From an uncultured Candidatus Saccharibacteria bacterium (lineage in GTDB: Bacteria > Patescibacteriota > Minisyncoccia > Phycocordibacterales > PALSA-1337), in contig CAYVEL010000002.1 of assembly GCA_964450345.1 (NCBI GenBank), positions 1-61,597 of the forward strand: a DNA stretch of 61,597 bases. The letters are read 5' to 3'. This document shows, piece by piece, positions 50,737-59,155 of the stretch; within the stretch, counting starts at the first letter, position 1; each line of letters begins with the position of its first letter. The notes under the pieces are model-generated. The model was not told where the DNA came from, did no database searches, and saw nothing but the letters and a program-made list of their open reading frames with translations. A program made the position numbers and the translations under genes.

Positions 50737-52161
50737 TCAAAACTTTAAAGAATTAAAAGGAATAAAATTAGCATACTCCACTACACTAATAATGTAGTGG
50801 AGTATTGCGTGTGTTGGAACAGAAAAAATGTAAGAAATTAATTCTGAAATAAATCCTACAATCCCAACTAAAAAAGCTGCGAGCATCGCATAAGGAATAA
50901 ACGGTAAAACTAATAAATTAGTTACTGGAGATATTAAAGAAATATTTCTCATATTAATAGCAATATATGGCACAGTTAAAATTTGAGCGGAAAGTGTGCT
51001 CGATAAAGTTTCTCTCATGGCGAATTTTTCAGTTATAAAAAATAATTTATTTTTCATCCAATCTCCGAAGGTCGCGAGACTTACTGTAGCTAAAAAAGAT
51101 AACTGAAAAGATGTATCGTAATTTATAGAAAACGGATTAAACAAAACCATTAAAAAAGCTGAGACAAAAAGTGCACGCCACATATCGTAGTCTCTTCGAG
51201 TGAGTTCACCGACACACATAATTAATGTCATGATAAAAGATCTCATCACTGTAGCTGACCAACCAACAGTAGTACAAAAAATCAAAAGAAATAAAACTGA
51301 ATAAATAAATTTTGTTCTTCTAGAAAATCTATTGAGTAAAAGTGCGACCATTGCTGCAATGATGGTTATGTTAAATCCAGAAAGAACAATTATATGTGAG
51401 AGACCGGCATCTCTAAAATCAGATTCTAATTTATCTCCGAGACCACTTTGGTCTCCGAGTAGTACTCCCCCAGCGAGAGAAGACTCGGGTTCACTAATTA
51501 CATTTTTTATATTACTTAAAAATTTATTACGCAGTCTGTATAAAAATTTCTTTAAAGACTGTCCTTTATCTACTACTAAAATTTTCTGTGAAGTCAGTAT
51601 ATGAGAAACATTTTTGTTTCTAAGATAGTCAGGATAATTAAAAGATGTTTCGGAATTCTCCAGCTTAAATTTCTCCGGTTTTTTTATGAAACCCCTGATA
51701 TTAATATGATCTCCATGTTCCACATTAGTTAAGTTACTATCATTAACTAAAACATAGTGTTTAATACTTGTGGAACTTGTTAGCGATGTTTCATCACTTA
51801 AAAACAGAAAAGTATTTTTACCGTTTTTATAAGAAATATCACTGACCACTACTCCTCGTAAATTTACATTTTGCTTATTAACAGTCGAGATATTTTTATC
51901 AAAATGAAAATGAAAAAATGTAGTTAACAGCATCCCGAATAACAAAAATATTAAGGGAAGCAAAAACTTCGTATAACGGTGAAAACGAAAAATAGTTCCC
52001 CAACCCACCAAAGAGAGGAGGGGTATGATAATCATTATTAACGAGAGATAAGTATTAAAACCTAGAAACTTTAGCCAATCATACTCATGAATCATGTTAC
52101 TCATATAGCAAGCAACAAGAAAACAAGAGATGTTTATCTCAATCTTATACCTCTCGTACAT
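50737..52161 (-). CDS. comEC: ComEC/Rec2 competence-domain membrane protein (lacks the MBL domain)
   Basis: Polytopic. LLGDQSGLGDKLESDFRDAGLSHIIVLSGFNITII matches the Competence-domain signature. An N-terminal OB-like soluble segment is present. Confidence 0.8.
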   Translation of the reverse strand: MYERYKIEINISCFLVACYMSNMIHEYDWLKFLGFNTYLSLIMIIIPLLSLVGWGTIFRFHRYTKFLLPLIFLLFGMLLTTFFHFHFDKNISTVNKQNVNLRGVVVSDISYKNGKNTFLFLSDETSLTSSTSIKHYVLVNDSNLTNVEHGDHINIRGFIKKPEKFKLENSETSFNYPDYLRNKNVSHILTSQKILVVDKGQSLKKFLYRLRNKFLSNIKNVISEPESSLAGGVLLGDQSGLGDKLESDFRDAGLSHIIVLSGFNITIIAAMVALLLNRFSRRTKFIYSVLFLLIFCTTVGWSATVMRSFIMTLIMCVGELTRRDYDMWRALFVSAFLMVLFNPFSINYDTSFQLSFLATVSLATFGDWMKNKLFFITEKFAMRETLSSTLSAQILTVPYIAINMRNISLISPVTNLLVLPFIPYAMLAAFLVGIVGFISELISYIFSVPTHAILHYIISVVEYANFIPFNSLKF

Positions 52162-52229
52162 CTATAAATTCTACAGATGAGAGATAAAGTTTTAATAAAG
52201 AAATTCTAAAGAAAAGATAAAGATTTCCT

Positions 52230-52997
52230 TTAGTTTATCCACTGTTTAACCACAGCCTCCTCTTCCATTAGATCTTTTACTTTTTTAAATTTTGCACCCT
52301 TAACACCCTTTACTCGAGCTTCACATTCAGCCCATGTTTCGTGTTTCATCAAAATCTGATTAACATAACTTATGTAATAACCACTTTTAGGCTTCTTACT
52401 TACAGTTACAATGTTATTCATATCGGAAAGTCCTTTAGATTCGGTATTTTTAAATTGTCCTTTTGTCTTAGAAGAAGATCTTCTTTCACCTAGGTTTACT
52501 GCTTTTTCGTATTCACTTTCATCACCGTCAAAAAGCTTCACATCTTCCTTCGTAGCAAAACCATTCGCAATAATGTCACATCTCTCATTAACATGAACAC
52601 CTGAATGACCAGCAACTTTAGACCAAGAAACTTTCATCTTAGAAGTATAAAAATGTAACTTCTCCCATAGATCTCTGTTAGCTACTTCATCTTCCATTTT
52701 ATTAACCCATCCATTCTTCATCCAGCCAAAAATCCATTTTGTAATTCCATTTATCAAGTACGCGGAATCAGAACAAATCTCTATCTTTATATCCTCGTCT
52801 TTATTAAAAATATTTTCGTATACAAATTTTAAAGCCTCGATGGAACTATTAATTTCCATTTTATTATTAGTACTTTCATCACCTCCGTATCCACCAAGTT
52901 CTTTAACTTTATTATCAAAATAAATTACAGCAGCCCATCCTCCAGGACCAGGATTACCTATCGAAGAACCGTCTGTATAAATTTTTATTGCTTTCAT
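52230..52997 (-). CDS. rnhA: ribonuclease HI with a C-terminal hybrid-binding-domain-like module
   Basis: N-terminal RNase H core (IYTDGSSIGNPGPGGWAAVI, NNKMEINS, CSDSAY, HSGVHVNERCD). The C-terminal YYISYVNQILMKHETWAECEARVKGVKGAKFKKV resembles the HBD (Cauli_VI) motif FYAV..G...GIY..W.EC...V.G..GA.YKKF. Confidence 0.8.
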   Translation of the reverse strand: MKAIKIYTDGSSIGNPGPGGWAAVIYFDNKVKELGGYGGDESTNNKMEINSSIEALKFVYENIFNKDEDIKIEICSDSAYLINGITKWIFGWMKNGWVNKMEDEVANRDLWEKLHFYTSKMKVSWSKVAGHSGVHVNERCDIIANGFATKEDVKLFDGDESEYEKAVNLGERRSSSKTKGQFKNTESKGLSDMNNIVTVSKKPKSGYYISYVNQILMKHETWAECEARVKGVKGAKFKKVKDLMEEEAVVKQWIN

Positions 52998-53004
52998 ATT
53001 TTAA

Positions 53005-54720
53005 TTATAATATTTCTAAAATTCTAAGTCTTAATTCTGAAGCACCTCTGAAATTATTTTTCTCTAAACTAAATATCACATTCACTTTATCACCCTTCTT
53101 TTCTTTAATCTCTGAATCGGGACTTTTAGCGAAAAACTGAATTCCTTTTATTCTATTATTACCATCAGAAAAAACAAATTCCAAATGTTCTTTACTCTTA
53201 CCGAAAATTTTAACTGCTTCCACCATAACTGATCTTAGCAAAAATACAGGCTTTGGATTATCCATTCCGAATGGTGATAGTCTACTTATTTCTGAAAAAA
53301 GTTTTTCATTAATTTCACTTATATATAATTCTGCATCAATCTCTGAAACTTCTTCGAGTTCCTCCCTCCCTACTTTAGAGATCGCCTTCGTTAATTCTTT
53401 TTCAAAATCTAAAATTTTATCTTCCTTCAAACTAAAACCCCCAGACCCTTTATGTCCTCCAAATGCTGAAAGAATTCCGGATGGAATAGCTTCAAAAATT
53501 TTTAAAATATTAAAACCTTCTGGAGCACGACATGAACCTTTCACCACATCACCTGCCTTTCCCCAAAGAAAAACAGGAATATTATATTCATCAATTAAAT
53601 TGTTTGCGACGGGTCCAAGCAAAGAAGGTCTCCACTCTGGGCTTCCTGTTACGATCACATTTCCAATATCACCATTAGTCTTTTTTATTTCTAAAATTTT
53701 TCTGACATGTTTTGAAATCCCAGCAGTAGTTCCTTTTCTTTCTGTATTTATTTTTTCAAGTGTGCGCGCAAGTTCATCTCCAGTTTTTTCATCTTTCGCA
53801 ATTAATAATTGGTAAGCGTGATCTGCCTCTCCCATACGAGAAGCTGCGTTGATTCTAGGAGTAATAGAAAAAGTTACATCTTCTTCTGTTAAATAATTTG
53901 AATTAATTCCTAAAATCCAAAGTAACTTTTTTAGACCATGACGTTTTGTTTTTCTCAAAACTTTCAAACCGAAATATGCGAGCGCTCTATTCTCATCTAC
54001 TAATGGCACCATGTCAGATAAAGTAGCAAGCCCCACCATATCAAGTAACCATTTCTCTTTTCCCACACCCATACCAAAATCCTTTTTCTTGAGAATTCCC
54101 TGAATTAATTTAAATGCTACACCCGCTCCACATAATCCCTTAAAAGGATACCCGGCATCAGGTAATTGAGGATTTAAAATAGCGAAGGCTTTAGGTAGCT
54201 TTCCATCCTGTGGTAAATGATGGTCTGTAATAATAACATCTACTCCAAGCTCATTTGCCCTATCCACCGCTTCATAATCCACCACCCCACAATCTATCGT
54301 AATTAAGAGTTTCACCCCCTTATCAGCCAATTCTTCAACTAGGTGGGCATGTAAACCAAAACCATCATCCGCTCTATGTGGTATATGAAAAATGGAATTA
54401 TTCTTATCATGACCGATATTATCTAGAAATTCATTCATTATTACAGCGCCCGGAATACCATCGGCGTCATAATCGCTGTAAATACCGATTTTTTCACCTT
54501 TTTCTATAGCAGAGATAACCCTATCTACTGATTTTTCCATATCTTTTAGTAAGAATGGGTCATGTATGTGCTTTTCATAGCTAGGATTAAGAAAATTTAG
54601 AATCTCATCTTCTGTCTTTAGTCCTCTGTGAAATAGCAAATTAGCCAAAACTGGATGAAAACTGCCAAAATTCGCTCTTTCTTTATCCGTTAAAGTTTTT
54701 TTAACCTTGAAGTCTCTCAT
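53005..54720 (-). CDS. recJ: single-stranded-DNA-specific exonuclease RecJ
   Basis: DHH motifs YSDYDADGI, ITIDCG, IITDHH and GLATLSDMVPL. DHHA1 motif FGGHKGSGG. The start is set at the ATG at 54720. Confidence 0.9.
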   Translation of the reverse strand: MRDFKVKKTLTDKERANFGSFHPVLANLLFHRGLKTEDEILNFLNPSYEKHIHDPFLLKDMEKSVDRVISAIEKGEKIGIYSDYDADGIPGAVIMNEFLDNIGHDKNNSIFHIPHRADDGFGLHAHLVEELADKGVKLLITIDCGVVDYEAVDRANELGVDVIITDHHLPQDGKLPKAFAILNPQLPDAGYPFKGLCGAGVAFKLIQGILKKKDFGMGVGKEKWLLDMVGLATLSDMVPLVDENRALAYFGLKVLRKTKRHGLKKLLWILGINSNYLTEEDVTFSITPRINAASRMGEADHAYQLLIAKDEKTGDELARTLEKINTERKGTTAGISKHVRKILEIKKTNGDIGNVIVTGSPEWRPSLLGPVANNLIDEYNIPVFLWGKAGDVVKGSCRAPEGFNILKIFEAIPSGILSAFGGHKGSGGFSLKEDKILDFEKELTKAISKVGREELEEVSEIDAELYISEINEKLFSEISRLSPFGMDNPKPVFLLRSVMVEAVKIFGKSKEHLEFVFSDGNNRIKGIQFFAKSPDSEIKEKKGDKVNVIFSLEKNNFRGASELRLRILEIL

Positions 54721-54769
54721 GGAAAAAAGTATAACACGATATATAATAAAGACTCTAAACAATAATTAA

Positions 54770-55135
54770 ATGAATAACTGTATTTTTTGTAAAATAGCTA
54801 AAAAAGAGATCCCCGCAAATATAATTGCAGAAGATGATGATTTTATAGCTTTTCTAGATATTAATCCCCTATCAACAGGACATACCTTAATAATTCCAAA
54901 GGAGCACTATAGATGGGTCTGGGATGTAGAAAATGCAGATGAATATTTCGAAATGACTAAAAAAGTTGCTCTTGGTCTTAAAAAGGCTTTTAATGTCGAA
55001 GCTATACACTCAAAAATAGTTGGTGAAGAAGTTCATCATGCCCATATCTGGGTATATCCTGATCCTAAAGCACACATAGGAGTAGATAAAAAAGATTTTG
55101 AGAATGTAAGTAAAATTCTAAGACAGAATTTATAA
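54770..55135 (+). CDS. HIT-family (histidine triad) protein
   Basis: CIFCKI...GHTLIIPKEH...HHAHIWV (HxHxHxx). Confidence 0.85.
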   Translation: MNNCIFCKIAKKEIPANIIAEDDDFIAFLDINPLSTGHTLIIPKEHYRWVWDVENADEYFEMTKKVALGLKKAFNVEAIHSKIVGEEVHHAHIWVYPDPKAHIGVDKKDFENVSKILRQNL

Positions 55136-55140
55136 CAAAT

Positions 55141-55196
55141 AAAAAGCGCCATTTTTCTAAAGACAATAATTTGTCTTTAGAAAAATGGCGCTTTTT
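55141..55196. terminator. two-tier bidirectional terminator hairpin (variant architecture related to the repeat family)
   Basis: Basal stem AAAAAGCGCCATTTTT / AAAAATGGCGCTTTTT. Apical stem CTAAAGACA-ATAATT-TGTCTTTAG. It lies between the convergent HIT and pgk genes. Confidence 0.6.
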
Positions 55197-55200
55197 ATGT

Positions 55201-56331
55201 TTAAGAAATAATCGAATCGTTCAAAGCATCAATTCCAGGAAGTGTAGCATTACCAAGATAATCAATCATCGCGCCTCCACCAGTAGAAACGAAAGTTAAT
55301 CTATCTTCTACATGCAATCTAGCTAAGGCGGCAACGGTATCTCCACCTCCTACTATAGTACTAGCGCCACGATCTGTAGCTTCAGCTAATACCACAGCGA
55401 GTCTTAATGTGGCCTTATCAAAGCCTTTTTCATATTCTCCAAGAGGTCCATTCCAAACTATGAATTTAGCTTTCTTAATCTTCTCTTCCAATTCATGCAT
55501 TGTACCAGTTCCTGAATCATAAATAATCTCATCTTTCTTAAGACTATTAGCAGGACAATTTCTAACTGACTGACCATTAAAAGCCACAACATCAGAAGGG
55601 AGCATGATTTTAGGTTCACCAAGTAAATTTACAACCTCACTTCTATCATCTGAAAGTTTAGACTTACCTACCTCCCAACCATTCTCTTTATAAAAATCAT
55701 TACTAAGTGCACCTCCCACAAAAATATCTTCAGCAGAATTTAAAAATCTCTTAATTAAAGGAACTTTAGTCTCAAACTTCGCACCACCTAAAATAAATAA
55801 GAATGGGTGACTAGGACTAAAAGCCGAACTTAAATTACTAACTTCATCCAAAAATAGAAAACCTGCATAAGAAGGAAGAAACTTAGTAATAGCAGAGATA
55901 GAAGCATGGGCTCTATGTGAGACAGAAAAAGCCTCATTTATATAGTAATCCGCACTTCTAGCTAGTTCTTTAGCGAATTCTTCATCGTTTTTCTTTTCAC
56001 CTTCATAATTTCTTAAATTCTCCATCAATACGAAGTTACCGTCTTCAATCACTCTTACTTTTTGAGTAGCCTCTTCTAGATCTTTTGCGAAAGTGACCTG
56101 AATAATATTCTGTAAATAGTGATAAACCGGCATCAAAGTCTTCTCCTCGCTTTCTATATGAGCAATAATTAAAGTCTTTGCTCCAGCTTTAGATAAAAAT
56201 TCCAAAGTCTTTTTTGATCTCTCTATTCTATGAGCATCACGAACCGTTCCACCAACTATCGGAACATTTAAATCCAGGCGAAGAAGAACTCTTTTGCCTT
56301 TTAAATTTTTTATATCCGATATCTTTTTCAT
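55201..56331 (-). CDS. pgk: phosphoglycerate kinase
   Basis: GKRVLLRLDLNVPI...FILGGAKFETK...STGGGA. Confidence 0.95.
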   Translation of the reverse strand: MKKISDIKNLKGKRVLLRLDLNVPIVGGTVRDAHRIERSKKTLEFLSKAGAKTLIIAHIESEEKTLMPVYHYLQNIIQVTFAKDLEEATQKVRVIEDGNFVLMENLRNYEGEKKNDEEFAKELARSADYYINEAFSVSHRAHASISAITKFLPSYAGFLFLDEVSNLSSAFSPSHPFLFILGGAKFETKVPLIKRFLNSAEDIFVGGALSNDFYKENGWEVGKSKLSDDRSEVVNLLGEPKIMLPSDVVAFNGQSVRNCPANSLKKDEIIYDSGTGTMHELEEKIKKAKFIVWNGPLGEYEKGFDKATLRLAVVLAEATDRGASTIVGGGDTVAALARLHVEDRLTFVSTGGGAMIDYLGNATLPGIDALNDSIIS

Positions 56332-57083
56332 TTTATTAAATTTATTTGATTAATTATGTCAGCGAAACTAATTTTATTTAAACTATCTCTACCTACCAAA
56401 ACTCCATCAACCTCCCCCAATTCTACAATATCTCTAGCATTTCTAACATTTACAGAACCTCCATAAATAACACGTACACTCATAGCTATTTCATGGTCGT
56501 AAGTCTCGGCTAATATTTTTTTAAGAAATAATATAGATTCATGAACATCTTTAGGCTCCAAAGCGGTCTTAGCTCCTATCGCCCAAACCGGTTCATAAGC
56601 AAAAATAATCTTAGAAATATCAGTTTTAGCAATACCGGTAAGAGAATTAACGAGCTGATTCTTTAAATCTGTGAAAAACACACCATGTTCATCTCTAGTC
56701 TTTTCACCGATACATAATATTGGTGTTATTTTTTCATCTAGTAGATTTTTAATCTTTTTAGAAATATCTAAATCACTTTCGCCTAGAGATCTTCTCTCAG
56801 AATGACCGACTATGACAAACTTAACTCCTAAATCGGTAAGCATATTAGCTGTGACTTCTCCTGTATGAGACCCTTCAACAAAACTAGAAACATTCTGAGC
56901 TCCTATGTTTATACCTTTTGCTAATTTAGTTAAATTGGAGATAAAAATAGATGGAGGGCAGATAGTAACCTCTGTTTTACTAGATTTTTCTGCCATTTTT
57001 CTAGCGGCAACAAAAATATCCTTGGCTTCAGATTGAGTATTAGGACCCATCTTCCAATTACCTATAATAATTCTTTTTTTCAT
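56328..57083 (-). CDS. tpiA: triosephosphate isomerase
   Basis: IIIGNWKM, VGHSERR, YEPVWAIG, GGSV. 4-nt overlap with pgk. Confidence 0.95.
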   Translation of the reverse strand: MKKRIIIGNWKMGPNTQSEAKDIFVAARKMAEKSSKTEVTICPPSIFISNLTKLAKGINIGAQNVSSFVEGSHTGEVTANMLTDLGVKFVIVGHSERRSLGESDLDISKKIKNLLDEKITPILCIGEKTRDEHGVFFTDLKNQLVNSLTGIAKTDISKIIFAYEPVWAIGAKTALEPKDVHESILFLKKILAETYDHEIAMSVRVIYGGSVNVRNARDIVELGEVDGVLVGRDSLNKISFADIINQINLIK

Positions 57084-57086
57084 ATT

Positions 57087-58547
57087 TTATTTAATTTCCT
57101 CCCAAGAAATAATTTGATACTGATCACCTGACAAAGGAAAACTTGGAGGTGGCGAATACAATAGATTCGTATCATATATTATATTCCTTGTATCGTATCC
57201 TGTCCCGTCCGTATAAGCAAAACCATATCTTAGATTAGAAGCTATTATTCCGTAGAGAGTAAGTGTATCTCTAGTTTGGAACAGAGAACAATGTGCTTTG
57301 CTATAATAATACCTTCCAACAAAGCCGTTTTGAGCTACCAAAGCCGCATCTATCTCTAGAAAGTCATCACTATTTATACCTACAAGTACATTATTTTGAG
57401 CGATTAAAGCAATAGAATCTGTACCATCTTTTCTTGTATACAGTAAGTCATTTGTAACTATTATATTTTTTCTATCACTTGAGTTATCAGGAAACTTTCC
57501 AGCAGAAATAGTTAATCTAGCTCCATCAATAGTACCATCAACCCAAACATGATCTTCAAAAAATATTAAACCGTTAGTTGGAATCTGATAGTTTGCAATA
57601 AAAGTTTGTTTATCTATACCCCATGAACCCCAGCCAGCTTGGTCTGCATCATTAAGACAAGCTCCATTAACCTTATATAGAGAAGTTACTTTATAAAGAT
57701 CGAATGTATCATTAGTTTTTAAAACCATATGATATCCATATACTCCAGATGAAGTAAAATATCTTCCACCAGACTGAGCTAATGTTTTGATAGATATAAT
57801 ATCTGTTGTTAATCCAGAAAAGTCATATGCTGGTACAGGAAAAGATCTACCAGCCATAAAGACATCAGTTCTATTTTGTACTGTACTTGGTGGAGCTTCT
57901 GCTGATCTATATGTATCAACAACTGTGTGCGTCGTTGAGGAAACGTGTGTATGAACTCCGAACTCAACACCTCCTGTATGATCGGCGTCATCATAAGAAG
58001 CTACTGTACTCGTAATAATGTTATGTGCCAAACCATCAAATCTTATACCACCATTAGCATGAATTGGTCCAAACACCTCCGTTCCTTCTCCATATCTATT
58101 TGACTCATTAGTAACAGCGGCATACTTAGCAAGAGACGGAATAGCTAAACGTGCTCTTATCTTTCTTTCAATTTTATTATTAGAGTAAACTTTTCCAGTA
58201 GAAGTAACAGTTACTAAGGTTGAACCGTTTGGAGGCGGAGTAATTGATAAACTATATTCTCCAATAGCATTACCATCTTTATCATAAAAGACGTGTACAT
58301 ATGGTCCATTCCCTGCAGTACCATCTTTATAGTCTTGCTGAAAATGAGCTAAATGCCAACGATAATATTCAATTCCAGCCTCCGCTACTTGAAATGCTTG
58401 TTCTTGTTGTTCCAGTGTTTTTAAAGATTTATTCAAACCACCATACCACCCCACCAAGCCAGTTATGATCATAATAGCGATTGAACCAAATATTAGAGAA
58501 ACTAATATCGTATTACCTTTATTATTTTTTATTGAAAAATATTTCAT
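57087..58547 (-). CDS. PilX-N-like type IV pilus minor component (large)
   Basis: N-terminal TM ILVSLIFGSIAIMIITGLV followed by AFQVAEAGIEYYRWHL (PilX_N-like AEAG motif). 486 aa. The stop lies 3 nt before the tpiA start. Confidence 0.6.
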   Translation of the reverse strand: MKYFSIKNNKGNTILVSLIFGSIAIMIITGLVGWYGGLNKSLKTLEQQEQAFQVAEAGIEYYRWHLAHFQQDYKDGTAGNGPYVHVFYDKDGNAIGEYSLSITPPPNGSTLVTVTSTGKVYSNNKIERKIRARLAIPSLAKYAAVTNESNRYGEGTEVFGPIHANGGIRFDGLAHNIITSTVASYDDADHTGGVEFGVHTHVSSTTHTVVDTYRSAEAPPSTVQNRTDVFMAGRSFPVPAYDFSGLTTDIISIKTLAQSGGRYFTSSGVYGYHMVLKTNDTFDLYKVTSLYKVNGACLNDADQAGWGSWGIDKQTFIANYQIPTNGLIFFEDHVWVDGTIDGARLTISAGKFPDNSSDRKNIIVTNDLLYTRKDGTDSIALIAQNNVLVGINSDDFLEIDAALVAQNGFVGRYYYSKAHCSLFQTRDTLTLYGIIASNLRYGFAYTDGTGYDTRNIIYDTNLLYSPPPSFPLSGDQYQIISWEEIK

Positions 58548-59144
58548 TTATAAATTATCCTTAAGGTTTCTTATCTCGGCTTGAACGGTAACAGTCTGTT
58601 TTGTTGGTGATCTATTAACATTCATATCTATAATTATATTCACTTTAACAAGTCTAACATTCGAAACAGATACCGGCTGTGTTAACGGAGAGGATGTTCC
58701 TGTATAACTAGAATCAAAATATTCAAATACTGGTTGACTATTAGTATTTCTAACACCGTGAACTAATTCATTTACTTTTTCTGTTCCAGTATATTTAAGC
58801 GGACTACCCGTAGGAGTAATAATTCCTCTTTTTATAGTAGAACTACTATAAAAATATCTTACTCTTTCTGTATTTCCATCACCGTTAATATCAGAATAAA
58901 AAACAAGCGTGGATGTTCCAGCGGTATCTATTGGATAAGAACCTTCCACGGACTGTCTAGCAGCTCTTATTTCTGTAGCCATAGGTCTTATAACTCTCTT
59001 CGCTTCTTCCTGAGTATTAAAACTATCCTGAATAATTCCATTAAAGAAGAAAGTATCCCTACCCAGGGTAAATACGGCAATAGAAATCACAGAGAATATT
59101 CCGATTACTACCAACAATTCAACTAATGTAAATCCTCTTTTCAT
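58548..59144 (-). CDS. prepilin-type N-terminal cleavage/methylation domain protein (minor pseudopilin)
   Basis: MKRG|FTLVELLVVIGIFSVISIAV. 198 aa. It abuts the next gene with no gap. Confidence 0.8.
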   Translation of the reverse strand: MKRGFTLVELLVVIGIFSVISIAVFTLGRDTFFFNGIIQDSFNTQEEAKRVIRPMATEIRAARQSVEGSYPIDTAGTSTLVFYSDINGDGNTERVRYFYSSSTIKRGIITPTGSPLKYTGTEKVNELVHGVRNTNSQPVFEYFDSSYTGTSSPLTQPVSVSNVRLVKVNIIIDMNVNRSPTKQTVTVQAEIRNLKDNL

Positions 59145-59155
59145 ATTTAATAAAA

